Below, in pieces: positions 1-13,810 of a DNA stretch of 64,000 nt. The number at the start of each line of letters is the position of its first letter. Within the stretch, counting starts at the first letter, position 1. Source of the stretch: Octopus vulgaris (Eukaryota); NCBI GenBank assembly GCA_951406725.2, contig OX597833.1:20150001-20214000 (forward strand), in the 5' to 3' direction. Both the position numbers and the translations under genes were made by a program. Under the pieces are notes generated by a model. The model worked only from the letters and a program-made list of their open reading frames with translations, did not search any database and was not told the DNA's origin.

Positions 1-30
1 ATCGGTTGTCAAGCAATATTGGGGGGACAA

Positions 31-63
<33 letters not shown>

Positions 64-214
64 CGACAGGCTTCTTTCAGTTTCTGTCTACCAAATCCAC
101 TCACAAGGCTTTGGTCAGCCCAAGACACTTGCCCAAGGTGCCATGCAGTGGGACTGAACCCGGAACCATGTGGTTGGTAGGCAAGCTACTTACCACACAG
201 CTGCTCCTGCGCCT
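1..214 (-). mobile_element. Family A tRNA-derived CORE-like SINE, 5' half, truncated by window edge
   Basis: Reverse complement of the 2270-2690 copy (GGCGCAGGAG head, TTGGGCAAGTGTCTT core-like motif, internal (TA)n). Confidence 0.85.
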
Positions 215-254
215 ATAATAATAATAATAATAATAATAACAATAATAATAATAA

Positions 255-905
255 TCGACACCAGCACACAACTGGTACTTATTTTATCAACACCGAAAGG
301 ACAAAAGGTAAAGTCGACCTCAGTGGAATTTGAAATTAGAACATTGCAACAGACAAAATGTTGCTAAGCATTATGCCCAGTGCAATAACGATTCTACCAG
401 CTCGTTGCCTTAGTAATAATAAAAACAATAGTTATTAATAATGGCTGCCAGAAGGGCATGTGTCAATCACAACAACAACAACAACAGCAGCAGCAGCAGC
501 AATAATAGTGGTCTCAAATTTTGGCACAAGGCCAGTAACGTCCAGTGACAGCATAAGTTGATTACACTGACCCCAGTGCTCAACAGAGACTTATTTTATT
601 GACCCCAAAAGGATGAAAGGCAAAGTCAGCCTTGATAGACTTTGAACTCAGAATGTAAAGCCAAACAAAATACTGCTAAGCATTTTGTCCAGCATGGTAA
701 CTGTTCTACCAGCTTGTTCTTGCTGCTGTTGTTGTTGTTGGTGGTGGTGGTGGTGATGAAACTGAATTTCTAATTTAGGTATAGGACCAGCAGATTTGAA
801 GGGGAGGTTAATCTGTGCTATTAACCCAGTATTTGACTGGTATTCTATCTTGTTGACACTTGAAGCATGAAAAGTAAAGTTGACCCCAGTGAGATCTGGA
901 CTCTA
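255..905 (-). mobile_element. Cluster of three degraded family B SINE copies
   Basis: Repeated GAAAGG..AAAGTC(G)ACC..GAACTCAGAA..GCTAAGCAT motifs, reverse complement of the 31196-31793 element. Confidence 0.7.
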
Positions 906-1282
906 AAGACAAAAAGCTACTGATCAACATCCTACAATGTACTATCCTTTCCTTTGGAAAACATTGATGTTTTTTTGTTCAAGAAACCATACCAAATCAG
1001 ATTGGAACCTCAGTGTACCATTTTCAGTCAAACCATCCAACCCATGCCAGCATGGAAAACAGACATTAAATGATGATGATGATGATGATGATGATGACAA
1101 CGATGACAACATCACAACTGCTTCATCTTTTTATCTTTTTCTAACCAAATTTCACTGCTAGAAAGAATAACTGAAGGAAAATGAAGGGTGTGTAAAAAAT
1201 CAAATCACAAAAATGTTTCACTTCTGAAATAATGAAGGTAGCTAAATTTACAAGGAGATGGAATTTTTTGTAAAATGTGCAG

Positions 1283-1640
1283 GCGATTAAGTGGATGTGC
1301 GATTAAGAAACTTGCTTCTCTCCCACATGGCCTTGGGTTCAGTCCCACAGCATGGCAACTTGGGCAAGTGTCTTCTACTATAGCTTCAGGCAAACCAAAG
1401 CCTTGTGAGTGGATTTGGTTGCCGGAAACTGAAATGTGTATGTGTGTGTGTGTGTGTGTGCCTGCTTGAGTTTGTCCTTCACCGCAACTTGACAATTGGT
1501 GCTGGTTTGTTTACGTCCCCATAACTTAGCAGTTTGGTAAAAAAAAAAAAGATTGATAGAGAAAGTACCAGTACTAGGGTTTATTTTTTTTTCAACTAAA
1601 CCCTTTAAGGTAATCCAATAACTAATACAAGTAAAAAGAT
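1283..1640 (+). mobile_element. Diverged family A SINE
   Basis: GGGTTCAGTCCCAC B-box-like motif, TTGGGCAAGTGTCTTCTACTATAG core, (TG)n middle. Confidence 0.8.
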
Positions 1641-2269
1641 TTCAAAACAATGAACTTCTCTATACAGCTGGCTGACTTCTTTTTTTTTTTTTTTTTTTTA
1701 TCTAACAAGATTCAGTTGTATGAACATGATAGGTAGACTGCATCTTAGTATCTTAGTAGCACAATACAATGACTGCACATGGAAGCTTTAGAGTTTTACT
1801 TATCTTTTGTCATCTTTTCATTTCATTATTGAGGAAGATACAAAGAAGATTAAGATATAAGCTAAGGATCAGCATTACATCAGCATAATCGCTCAGCTTT
1901 CGCATCTAAGACTGAAGAAGAAAGTAAAACTGTTTATTGAACAATAGACATTCTGGTAATGATGTCAAAATGAATAAATAATTATAATGCAAGGCCACAT
2001 AGAGTACACATGATCCTGTGGTTGGTTAAAACTGGTGTAGATTAAGTAAAATGGCCACATTCCAACTATTTAATCCATATCCAAGAAGTGGGAAGATCAG
2101 AAACTATCAGAGAAGAAATAAAGAACCAAAGCAAATCGGAATATATTCTTACTAGGAATTAAAAATGGAAGCATAAATGCTAGATATAATTTTTTACCAA
2201 TAACAATCTGTTATATATCAGTTTGTGAAAAAGAAAAAAAGTTCTTTTAAATTAAAAAAAAAATATATA

Positions 2270-2690
2270 GGCGCAGGAGTGGCTGTGTGGTAAGTAGCTT
2301 GCTAACCAACCACATGGTTCCGGGTTCAGTCCCACTGCGTGGCATCTTGGGCAAGTGTCTTCTGCTATAGCCCCGGACCGACCAATGCCATGTGAGTGGA
2401 TTTGGTAGACGGAAACTGAAAGAAGCCCATCGTATATATGTATATATATATATATAAGTGTGTGTGTATATGTTTGTGTGTCTGTGTTTGTCCCCCTAGC
2501 ATTGCTTGACAACCGATGCTGGTGTGTTTACGTCCCCGTCACTTAGCGGTTCGGCAAAAGAGACCGATAGAATAAGTACTGGGCTTACAAAGAATAAGTC
2601 CCGGGGTCGATTTGCTCGACTAAAGGCGGTGCTCCAGTATGGCCGCAGTCAAATGACTGAAACAAGTAAAAGAGTAAAAGAGAGTAAAGA
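2270..2690 (+). mobile_element. Full-length family A tRNA-derived CORE-like SINE (reference copy)
   Basis: A-box-like TGGCTGTGTGGT, B-box-like GGTTCAGTCCC, core-like TTGGGCAAGTGTCTT, internal (TA)n/(TG)n, 3' (GTAAAAGA)n tail; more than 20 related copies in the window. Confidence 0.9.
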
Positions 2691-3679
2691 GAGATATAAT
2701 TTTAAGCTTGCTAGTAATAGACACAATTGCATTGAAAAGGTTTGAAGCATGTTTTAATTCTAGTTGGAATAAAGTCAAAAACACTAGAAATGTCAACTGC
2801 AAGTTTGTAAGGATTAACAAAGCAAACTAAACAAAAGCATTATATCTGAAATCAAATAGGCCTGCATCTACTACATTTAATTAAAACTTCTTCATTTACA
2901 GGCGTCTTTATTTTCCCCAAGTCCTTTGAGTTTTAGATTTTTTTTTTTTTGTTTAGTAAACTATTGATGATTTAGAAGTACAGTCTGTTTAATCTGATGT
3001 CAATTGAGAAATGGTAGCTTGGAGCAAATTGGACAAACAAAAAAACAAAAGAAAACGAAATTCATTTCTTTTTCTATAGATTATGTAAACACTCTATTGA
3101 AGTGTTAAATGCAAACAGTTTTGTGCAACAACTGCATTTGTGAGAAAATAAATCAATACAATAGCTGTATAAGTTTAGAAATATACTTGAAATACTAAAA
3201 TTCAAAATAAAATGCCTTTTTAAAAAATCCCACTACAAAGAAACTCTCACATTACACAGACACACAGCAGGAGAGAGACAAAGAGAGAGAGAGAGATAGA
3301 CAAATAAACACATGCATTATATTACAAAATGTATTAACATAGCTGTGACAGCATTAAAGAAAAAAAGTGATGATGATAATGTCACTGTTTACAAATTAAA
3401 GCAAATGGAAACTTTTTTGAGCTTCTTGTCTTTGCAGATATCATGGAGGATATTGCACCATTATAAACAAATGTAACATATTTCTTTGTATTTTTTTTAT
3501 TTTATAACATTTGTTAGACAACAATGTGGCAGTTTCGTATAGACAAATCACTGGTTCACCATATCTTTAATGTGTGTGTATAAACATGTCAAAATATATA
3601 CTTTTTTACTCTTTTACTTGTTTCAGTCATTTTGACTGTGGCCATGCTGGAGCACTGCCTTTAGTCAAGCAAATCGACC

Positions 3680-3958
3680 CAGCTTCCACCATAGCCTCAA
3701 GACTGCGCTGGAAACTAGTGCATGCATTCCTCAGTGTACCTGGTAAGATATTCAAATACCTCCTGAATCTTGGCCACCAGCTCAGCCTTGGTGTTGCAGG
3801 CAGAGTGATTAGTGTCTTTCTCAACCACACCCCAGACATGGTAATCCATGGGGAATTAGGAGGCCAGAAATTAGGGATGATGAAGTCATAGAAATTATCT
3901 AACAACCACTTCTGGCTTTTTCCAGAGGTATGGCAAGGAGTGAATCCTGCTGCCACAC
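3680..3958 (-). mobile_element. Tc1/mariner (maT-like) transposase fragment
   Basis: Translation PCHTSGKSQKWLLDNFYDFIIPNFWPPNSP matches the D..H / WPPNSPD region and resembles the 14.1-14.5 kb relic. Confidence 0.8.
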
Positions 3959-3961
3959 ATA

Positions 3962-4618
3962 CAAGGTCTGATCAAAAAATGTCAGGACTGGTGTTATCAA
4001 AAGAAAACCACAACGCATATCAGTTCAGCATTTATGCTCCTTTGAAGCAGGCTCCTTCTGAAGCTGCACACTTTATCCAGCATCGTTTCCATTGATGGAA
4101 GCAATTCTGGACCTCCTTTTTGGGGATAGTGAACAGCTGTATTGTTGCATTCTCTTGGATTTCCTTGATGTCTTGAAATCTTGTACAGTGTCTTCCACTG
4201 TGAAGACTAAGCCTTAGTTTTGGGGTCATAGCCATAGAGCCACAATTCATCACCTGCTTATGACCATTTTCAAAAAGTTTTCATCTTCCTTGACACAAAC
4301 AAGGAGATCCTGCACAGACAAAACCCAATCTTTTTGAGACAACCACACTCTACACACTTTAACTCCAATCACTGCTATAAGCAATTTGAAAGCAAATCAC
4401 AGACTTCCTGCATTAGATTAGTTTAGTCTGATATTCCCAATATATTCACTGTATGAGGTTTAATTCATTATCCTTAGAAAGTACACACACAACAGATTAA
4501 CAATTAAACTCCCAGAAACTAGAAGATATTATGTGAATTCAGTTTCTACTTGCTGTCTTCGTTTTAGCAATGCTCTTTGGGAGAGCATGGGAATCTTGTC
4601 TCATGTTTTGATCACACA
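3962..4618 (-). mobile_element. Internally deleted mariner element
   Basis: C-terminal mariner-like peptide RFQDIKEIQENAT..FHQWKRCWIKCAASEGACF; degraded TIRs (GGTCTGATCAAAA / TTTTGATCACAC) with TA flanks. Confidence 0.7.
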
Positions 4619-4620
4619 TA

Positions 4621-4837
4621 TGATGGGGTACTGAAAAGTTCCTGGCTTTGGGTAAAAAAAAATACAGGAGGATTAGTTGATTATGGTTTTATTCAACATA
4701 TTCCCCTCTCAGATTCACACACTTATTGCAGCAGTCCTTCAGTTTTTCTAAGCCCTGTAAAAGAACTCAGAAGGTTGGGTTGTCAGCCAATCCTTTCGTG
4801 ATACCCTTGAAGCCAGAAAATTTTCAGCACCCACTCA
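4621..4837. mobile_element. Tc1/mariner-type MITE
   Basis: TIRs TGATGGGGTACTGAAAAGTTCCTGGCTT / AAGCCAGAAAATTTTCAGCACCCACTCA, TA on both sides. Confidence 0.75.
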
Positions 4838-5232
4838 TATGCAGAGAAAGTAATAGAAAACATTGTTGTACTGACCCCAAGAGATAAATATGACAGTCAT
4901 AGCCAGCTGTGAATGGAAATTGGTTTGCTTTCAAGATGAAGATCTTTAGAAAAATGAAAAACTAATTCATAGTTTATATGATCCCAACTGTGGTTCTTTG
5001 ATTACCAAGTTACTCATAAATTATGCATTCTGTCATTTATAAATCATGAAATTAGATAAAAGAAATTATTAGCATTTTGGATGAAGCAAACAATTGCTTT
5101 TCTATGTACTTATGAGTAAATCTGTGTACAGAGTTCATTATAAGTGTGTATGTGTGTGTGTGGTTGTGTGAGTATTTTGTATTTCTCTTATCTTCATGTG
5201 TAATTACAAAGTTGTAAACAATGCCATCAATG

Positions 5233-5236
<4 letters not shown>

Positions 5237-5291
<55 letters not shown>

Positions 5292-6020
5292 CACACACAA
5301 GCACACACTTGCACACAGATACACACATATATACCTATGTATATGTGTGCACATGTATACTCTACTGACATGCCAAAGACCAACATGGAGGCATACTGGG
5401 TCAACTTGACATTTGCATTTTATCCAAGCACCCGAAGGACCTAACACTCAGACATATACAAGAGTATATTCTCATAAATGAAATATCCCCAGTACTAAAT
5501 AGGAAATATACATAGGTAGTCATACCCCAATATCCACAGTTTATATATACACAGGTAGGCTTGTTAGCAGACTGTTATGTAGATGTAGATGTATGTGTGT
5601 GTGTAGATAAATGGATATGTAAGTAAACACATAGATAAACAGATAGATAGGTACATAGGTAATACAAACAGACAAGCACACACGCACAGATACATACACA
5701 AATGAAAACTGAAACACATGACCATATACACACACGCACACTTCACACACACACAAACACATACACACACACACACACAAGGACACATATGAAGACACAC
5801 ATCCATACATAACAGACGCATGTACAGTCACACAAACCCATACACATAGACACACATACACACACACACACATACAAACACAGACATGAATACACAAAAT
5901 ACATACAAATGTACACACATGAATACATATATATATGCATACACATACATGCATACACAAATATACATACATACATATGTGTATACATACACACACTGAC
6001 ACACACACATGTACACAAAC
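5237..6020. repeat. (TC)n tract followed by compound (CA)/(TA) low-complexity region
   Basis: Read directly from sequence. Confidence 0.9.
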
Positions 6021-7308
6021 AAACTAACAAAAAGAACGCAGCTCTGATAATAGACAGAGTCAATGACTATTGAAAAGGTTGCAAGAGGCAACAAAAATTT
6101 TAGAAAAAATAAATAAGTAAATGAGTTGAAAACAAACTGGTGAATGTGTTAACTAAGAAGGCACTAAAAGAGAATGACTCTCCCCATACATAATATAATA
6201 CACTTTTATTAAAACTGCTAAATCATCACAAAACTGTTACTCAGAAATTCCCATTCCCATACATTGGACAGTTGTCAGTTGTGATGAATACTCAATTAAA
6301 ATCATGATTTTAATTCATTATTCATCACAGCTTGTTTATAGCAGTGCTTGGAATTAAAGTGTGTAGAGTATAGTCATCTCAAAAAGCAGATTGAGTTTCA
6401 ACAGTGCAGGATCTCCTTGATTGTGTCGAGCAAGATGAAAATTATATTTAGATAAAGCAGTTTACCTCACATGGGATTAGTTGGAGGCTAAACAACAATA
6501 TCAACATCTCAATAATAATTATTTAATGACTAGGATAGTCTTTCAGAGTATCTCCACTAAAGTATTGTAAACACAAACCACTACATTGTATTTACTCATG
6601 TATAGATCACACTATTTCATGATTGATTTTAATTGAAAAATCATAGGTGCAACATACACTGATCAGAAACTAAATATGAAGGAGGAAAATTTTGTAGCAA
6701 GATTTAACCCTAAATATACACAAGTAAATATGGTAGATTCCCTTCTGTTTTGTCGCTGTTTTTATCATATATAACATTTTTATGTCTGTTTACTGGATAT
6801 ATATCTATAGAAACTAGTGCAGTATAGACTGGAAAAGAAGGATTTGGAAACTTAAGGTTCCTTTAAATGATCAGAGATTTAGGGACACCCCAAGTGAGAA
6901 ATTTAACAAGGAGAAAGAGGGACTAGAGATTTGTAACATAGAGGGCATCTGGGAGTTCCTGTGTGGTTGTCCTTGCATTCAGGCTACCCCCTGCATCCCT
7001 TTCCAGCTGAGCATTTCTAACCTTGTGGATTCATGGGTGCTGGTGCCACATAAGAAGCACCCATACTGGTGCCACATAAACACACCCTTGCTGGTGCTGC
7101 ATAAAATCACCCCATACACCCTGTAAAGCGATTGGTGTTAGGAAAGGCATCCAGTCATAGAAACCATACCAAAACAGACATGGATCCTGGCCAGCTCCTG
7201 TTAAACCATCAAACCCATACTAGCATGGAAAACGGATGTTAAATGATGATGATGGAAATGAAAAAGTGGAAAGGTGAGAGAAAAGAAAACTGGTAGGAGA
7301 AATGATTA

Positions 7309-7311
<3 letters not shown>

Positions 7312-7367
<56 letters not shown>

Positions 7368-7370
7368 TAG
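7312..7370. repeat. (GA)n microsatellite
   Basis: Read directly from sequence. Confidence 0.95.
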
Positions 7371-8594
7371 ATTAATTGGAGCATACAATGCTATGAAGGA
7401 GAAAGAAGAGACAGACTCTGCTACTCAAGGGACAGAGAGATACACTGAGAAAAATATACTGAAAGAAATGACCAAATAAAAAGAATAAACAACACAGCGT
7501 TTGACCAGGAGACAAGAGACAAAAATATGCTGTTACTTGTGTGTTGTTGAGTTTCTGCGTTTTGTTAAGTCATTGCTATAACTTCATTCTGCATATTTAA
7601 GGAATTTATTAGCAAAGAAAATAGCATCTATTGCCTTCTACTTGTTTCAATCATTGGACTGTGACCATGTTGGGGCACTGCCTTGAAGAATTTAGTCAAA
7701 CAAATCAACTGCAGTATTCATCTGGAGATAATATGTCTTATGAGATATCTCCAGACAAGTACCACAGTAAATTTGCCTTTTTGCTATGTATTTGCATTAA
7801 GTATGATACACAGATGGCTACTTTAATCTAATACCATTGCTTATATTGGATATGTTTTAGAATTGTCTGAACTTCTTACTCATAGAGGACATGACTTGCT
7901 CATTACAAAAATTACATTGTTACAGTAAAGAAAAATCAAGAAAAATGGTTATTGAAGTCTGATATTGAAGTCTGATATAAAACAAATTCCACTTCCTGTT
8001 TTATTATGATTCAAAAGTAATCATTGATAAAAGAATCTAATCGTAGAATGTCCCACAGTTATGCAATTATCCTAATTTTCACAACCATGGTGTTCAGGGA
8101 AACAAACAAATGTTAATAAATAGTGGTATTGGTCATAACGAATAGAAATAAGCTCAGTAAGTCCAATCATTGTTTTAGTAAAGTGCTGTATTTTCCTAAG
8201 GCAAGCTACTATATCTGCTGGCATAAAAGATGCACTGGCTTATTAGATACATCCCAATTTCAACAGCACATATTCCAGGAAACAATTTTTGAAGCATTAA
8301 AGCATATAATATAGGCTCAACTTTGCATATAAAATGCAGGGTAATTGTTTGAGATAACATTTTGGTAAAAAAAAAGATTTGAACTCAGAACTAAGAAATG
8401 TCACTAAGCATTTTGTTTGACATGCTAACGATTCTACCAGCTCACCCACTTTTATTAGGTACCATTCAAGTAGTGAGATTAATTAGATTGATTATATCAC
8501 CTCCTTCAAGTCTGTAGCTTGGACCGAAAGTTGGAAATCATTAAAAGAAAAAAATAAACATGTAGTTTAGACTTTGCATTTCTGCCTATGACTC

Positions 8595-8981
8595 TTCTAC
8601 TCTTTTATTTGTTTCAGTCATTTGACTGTGGCCATGCTGGAGCACCACCTTTAGTCGAGCAAATCGACCCCAGGACTTATTCTTTGTAAGCCTAGTACTT
8701 ATTCTATCGGTCTCTCTTTTGCCGAACCGCTAAGTTACGGGGACACAAACACACCACCATCGGTTGTCAAGCGATATTGGGGGGGACAAACACACATACA
8801 CACACACAAACATATATGAAGGGCTTCTTTCAGTTTCTGTCTACCAAATCCACTCACAAGGCTTTGGTTGGCCTGAGGCTATAGTAGAAGACACTTGCCC
8901 AAGGTACCAAGCAGGAGGAATTAACCCGGAACCATGTGGTTGGTAAGCAAGCTACTTACCACACAGCCACTCCTGCGCCTA
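8595..8981 (-). mobile_element. Full-length family A SINE
   Basis: Reverse complement of 2270-2690. Confidence 0.9.
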
Positions 8982-9010
8982 TTGTCAATAAAATAAATAC
9001 CAGTAATACA

Positions 9011-9390
9011 GGCATAGGCATGGTTAAGAAGCTCGCTTTGAAACCACATAGTTTCAGGTTCAGTTCAACAGTGCACCACCTTGAGAAGTATCTTTTACTA
9101 TAGGCCCTGGTTTGACCAATGCTTTATGAGTGAATTTGTAGATGGAAACTGTGGAAGCACATCATGTGCATATGCATATATGCACATGTCGTTGCATTTG
9201 TGACAGTCTTACACCACTGCTTGACAACCAGTGTTGGTTTGTTTACATTCCTGTAACTTAGCAGTTCAGCAAAAGAGACTGATAGAATAAGTACCAGACT
9301 TGAAAATAAGTACTGAGGTCAACTTGTTCAACTTAACCATTCAAGAGTGTCCTAGCATGGCCACAGTCCAATGACTAAAGCAAATAAAAT
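9011..9390 (+). mobile_element. Diverged family A SINE, head-to-head with the previous copy
   Basis: Same domain order as 2270-2690. Confidence 0.8.
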
Positions 9391-10494
9391 ATAATATACT
9401 TGAGTATATTCCTAATAACCCTGCAACTTTGCGATCAAAACAAAGAGATTATTATTAAGAATTCTAGTCCATGATTAGAGCATAAAAATTCCTGGTAGCT
9501 ATAGTCTACTGCTGCTTTTCCATAGATAACTGTGAGAGGAAGGTTATCAGTGCATTCCTGGACTGGTATAAAACCATTCCAGAGCAGTAGTTTATCCTTA
9601 CATTCTTTCTGAGCTACAGTTATTTTTAGTTGAAACAGAGCACCTGGGTCCCTACTAGGGTGTAGGAAAATTTCTAAGTGGCACTAAGATTCATGAAGTG
9701 CTGTCTTTCTACCAAAAATCTAAATTTTAGTTATACAACCATGCTTAAATTACGCAAATCAATTTCTCAAGATCATTCTTTATATTTGTACAAGCAATGA
9801 GAAAGCTATGTTATCAATGATATAACAGTTCCTTTCTTAACTTGAATAAAGGAAGTACTATAGAATTATTATAGTACCTCGCACCAAGAATAGCATTACT
9901 TAGAATTTATTCTGTTAGTTCACCACTGCCACCACCTTTATTTGGTATCAGTACGTTAACTTAGCAATTTTACAGTTCCAGTTTCAAATCTCAGTACATT
10001 TTGGGTGGTTTCACCTACAATACAGGATAACAGGCATAGCCTGTAGCTTACAATGAAGAACAGAAAATATAACTCAATACTTTGAATGTCAACATATCTA
10101 TAAGGAAATTAGATGATAAGATTGCATAAGAGGATATATAAAAAGACAATATGATATGATGTGATCATTTTCTTTCCACTTAGAAGAACTTGTACAGGCA
10201 TTAGCTACATGAAGCCAGCATCTATAGTTCCACGAGATGCCTTCAGCTAACTTTAACTCTGTTGCTTGCTATAAGCCAAAAATCTTTTAACATGTATTTG
10301 ATCTATTCATCGTCTTTGATTCTTTTCAGACTGTCAGATCATATCAGTCTACTTGCACTGTTTTGTAAAGAACACTTGATACCGTCATTGTCTAGTTTCA
10401 TGCTAACAGCTCTGACATGTCAAGGCAGTACGAAGAGAGTTTATCTTTGATGCATTTCTATAGATTGTTTAAAGATATACAAATGAATAAAGCA

Positions 10495-10527
<33 letters not shown>

Positions 10528-10837
10528 CTACACTTTGCTTCATAAACAGTGGTTATTAATGAAATCAGTTACGTTTAAACAATGATGTTTATGTTTGCTT
10601 TGATGCCTTTTAATAATTAATAATACATTTCTATCTGTCTAATCTTTTAACAGTCTCTATAAACAGGAATTGAATAATAATACGTATGTATTATTATAGC
10701 AAGTTTACACACGTATTGACACACCAAGTTTCTCACAAAAATATTTATTGGAAAAAGAATTGAAATAAATGACTTGCTCTACAATATTAAGCGCATAACA
10801 ATTCATTATCAGCAGCAATATTTCAACATTTATTAAA

Positions 10838-11036
10838 GCGGTAAACTGACAGTATCATTAGCATGCCAGGCAATGCTTAGTGGCATTTTGCTCTGAGTTC
10901 AAATACTGCCAAGGTCAGCTTTGCCTTTCATCTTTTCAGGGTTGATAAAATAAGTACCAGTTGAGCACTAGGGGTGATGTAATTGACTAACCCTCTCCAC
11001 CAAGATTACTGACCTTCTGCCAAAACTTGAAACCAA
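10838..11036 (+). mobile_element. Family B SINE
   Basis: CTGAGTTCAAAT..CTTTGCCTTTCATC..GATAAAATAAGTACCAG. Confidence 0.8.
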
Positions 11037-11059
11037 TATTTCACCCTTTATTTTTCTAT

Positions 11060-11312
11060 ACTAGCCGGTGGCACGTAAAAAGCACCAACTGACTGTGGCC
11101 ATTGCCAGCCTCCCCTGGCACTTGTGCCGGTGGAATGTAAAAAGCACCCACTACACTCACAGAGTGGTTGGCATTAAGAAGGGCATCCAGCTGTAGAAAC
11201 ACTGCCAGATCTACTGGGGCCTGGTGCAGCCTCCTGGCTTCCCAGAGCCCGGTCGAACCGTCCAACCCATGCTAGCATGGAAAACGGACGTTAAACAATG
11301 ATAATGATGATG
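11060..11312 (+). mobile_element. Family C SINE 3' part with (GAT)n tail
   Basis: GGTTGGCATTAAGAAGGGCATCCAGCTGTAGAAAC..CCAACCCATGCTAGCATGG..GTTAAAC + (GAT)n; further copies near 7020, 11748, 26998, 36527, 42196, 46442, 50625, 54424, 55335, 57750, 59400. Confidence 0.85.
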
Positions 11313-11483
11313 TAATAAGTTCCACAAGCCTCAACTATAATAATGCATATCGCCAAGTATCTTGATCCTTATCACTTCATCTTATATGAAAGAACAAACA
11401 TTCTGGGGTACTAACATTTACTACCAACTGATTATTTCTTAATCACTAGTATAACAACTTTCCCCTTCCCTATAATGCATATA

Positions 11484-11745
11484 TGGAGGCGCATGGCTTA
11501 GTGGTTAGGATGTCAGCATCATGATCATAAAATTGTGGTTTAGATTCCTAGACCGGGCGAAGCATTGTGCTCTTGAGCAAAACACTTCATTTCACGTTGC
11601 TCCAGTCCACTCAGCTGGCAAAAATGGGTAACGCTGCAATGGATTGGCGTCCCGTCCAGCTGGGGAACACATACGCCATAGAAACCGAGAAACAAGGCCC
11701 ATGAGCCTGGCTAGGCTTTAAAAGGGCACATTTGTTTTATTTATT
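11484..11745 (+). mobile_element. Family D tRNA-derived SINE variant
   Basis: GGAGGCGCATGGCTTAGTGGTTAG head, CTTGAGCAAAACACTT core-like motif. Confidence 0.75.
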
Positions 11746-12384
11746 TAGGCGTTAGGAAGGGCATCCAGCTGTAGAAACATTGCCAGATTAGACTGGAGCC
11801 TGGTGCAGCCTTCTGGCTTCCCAGAACCCCGGTCGAACCGTCCAACCCATGCTAGCATGGAGAACGGACGTTAAACGATGATGATGATGATGATGATGAT
11901 GACATATAAATTTTTTTCCTTTATCCAGGATGGCCATCGATAATATTATACACTCTATATAAACATAGGTTGCGCTTTCTGCTTACATCTACCTATGTCT
12001 TTTATGATGGTTGCTTTCTCAATTCCCTTATACTCAACTGTCCTCACACATTCAACAGGCCACACTTGGCCCGTTGCTTAGGATAAAAATCCTTCCTGAG
12101 TCGGTTGGTTTCCTGGTTTCCATGATGCATGTATTCCCCTTTGATTGGGATGCTGGTACATCATAGGTTTACTCATTTTTGCCAGCTAAGTGAACTGGAG
12201 CAATTTGAAATAAAGTGCCTTGCTCAAGAAGACAACACATCACTCAGTTCAGGAACTGAAACCTCAATCTTGCAATCATGAACCCAACATCCTAACCACT
12301 AAGCCACCTGCCAACTACTGCAGGTCTTCTGCATGCTTTGCCTATATTTTATATCTTTAGACCATCACACATTATCAGTAGGAT

Positions 12385-12725
12385 CTGAGACCCCCTTCGG
12401 TCATGACTGACCATGGGATTGCACCTAGAAAGTGACCCTCCCAGGTACAAGTCCAGGCTAGGTTGTTTATGGAAGACCAGAAGTCACCCATGCATACTGG
12501 TCTCCCTTCTCCATGCCACAAGTATTATTCAAGGGAAAGGCAAGGGCCGATACAGCTTGGCACCTGTGACATTGCAACTCATTTCTACTACAACTGAGTG
12601 AACTGGAGCAACATGAAATAAAGTGTCTTGCTCAAGAACACAACATACAGCCCAGTCCGGGATTCGAGCTTACAACATCATGATCGTAAGCTCGATGCTC
12701 TAGCCACTGAGCCATGCGCCTTCAC
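12385..12725 (-). mobile_element. Full-length family D SINE
   Basis: Reverse complement of 38697-39035. Confidence 0.85.
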
Positions 12726-13810
12726 GCAGTAGGCAGGCTTATATAATGTAAACAATATCTGAACATTTTTTTATGTCTACTTTAATATTCACCACTATTC
12801 CCTCACAATAGACTGCATGGATGACATGGTGCTATAAATTTCTATTGGTTATTGAAACAGGTGTTTTACAGTTCAATGCCTTTTAGAATGCTAACCATTC
12901 AAACCATGGAATTAGTGTTGTTGTGTAAACCTCATGTCAGTTCTAATCAATAGTTGTCCTGATCACCAAGCAGGTGATTGAATGACTAACTGCAACCCCA
13001 TATATCTGTTTTTCCGGTTATACTTGCTTCTATCAAGCTGATGGCTATATTGCACACTCTGAGAAGTAGTGAGCTGTGCAAATTGATAGCCTGGACACAT
13101 TATACTTTTTCCATATTTATGGCTAGTCTATTTCTGTATATCTTTCAGCTCTGGTGGTGATGGTCTCAGCTGAGGTAGATATGGTGGAGTCAATCAAAGC
13201 ATACCAGTAGTCAAACTGCTGAGGGAACATCCATGAGATAACGAAGTCAGTCCTGCAAACATAGCTGTCAAATCTCTTTCAAATGGCACTCTGTCAGTTA
13301 CAGCAATAAAGGTTCCAGTTTATCTGATCAAAAGAACAGCTTCCTCATAAAATTAATGAGCAAGTAGCTGAGCACGCCACAGACACACATACTTTTAACA
13401 TAGTTCTCAGAGAGATCCAGCATGATACAGAATGTGACAAGGCTAGCCCTTTGAAATACAACTCATTTTTGCCAGCTGAGTGAACTGGAGCAACATGAAA
13501 TAAAGAGTCTTGCTCAACATACCGTCAGGAATAAATACATATATACAATGAGCTTCTTTCAGTTTCCCTCTACCAAATCCACTCACAAGGCTCTGGTCAG
13601 CCTGAGGCTATAGTAGAATACATTTGCTCAAGGTGCCATACAGTGGGACTGAACCTGGAACCATGTGTTTGGTAAGCAAGCTACTTCCCACACAGCCACT
13701 CCTTTGCCTATATATACACATATATATATAAACATACATACATAAACACACCACATACATACATAAATACACACATACATTTATCATATTCATAGATATG
13801 TACATACATA

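Noticed and set aside
1799-1911. Strong minus-strand acceptor as possible next exon after ATG-AAA
   Set aside because: Phase-0 reading gives an immediate stop (TCT TAG) and the donor is weak
7721-7755. 10-bp inverted repeat TCTGGAGATA/TATCTCCAGA
   Set aside because: Isolated and short enough to be chance in 64 kb of AT-rich DNA
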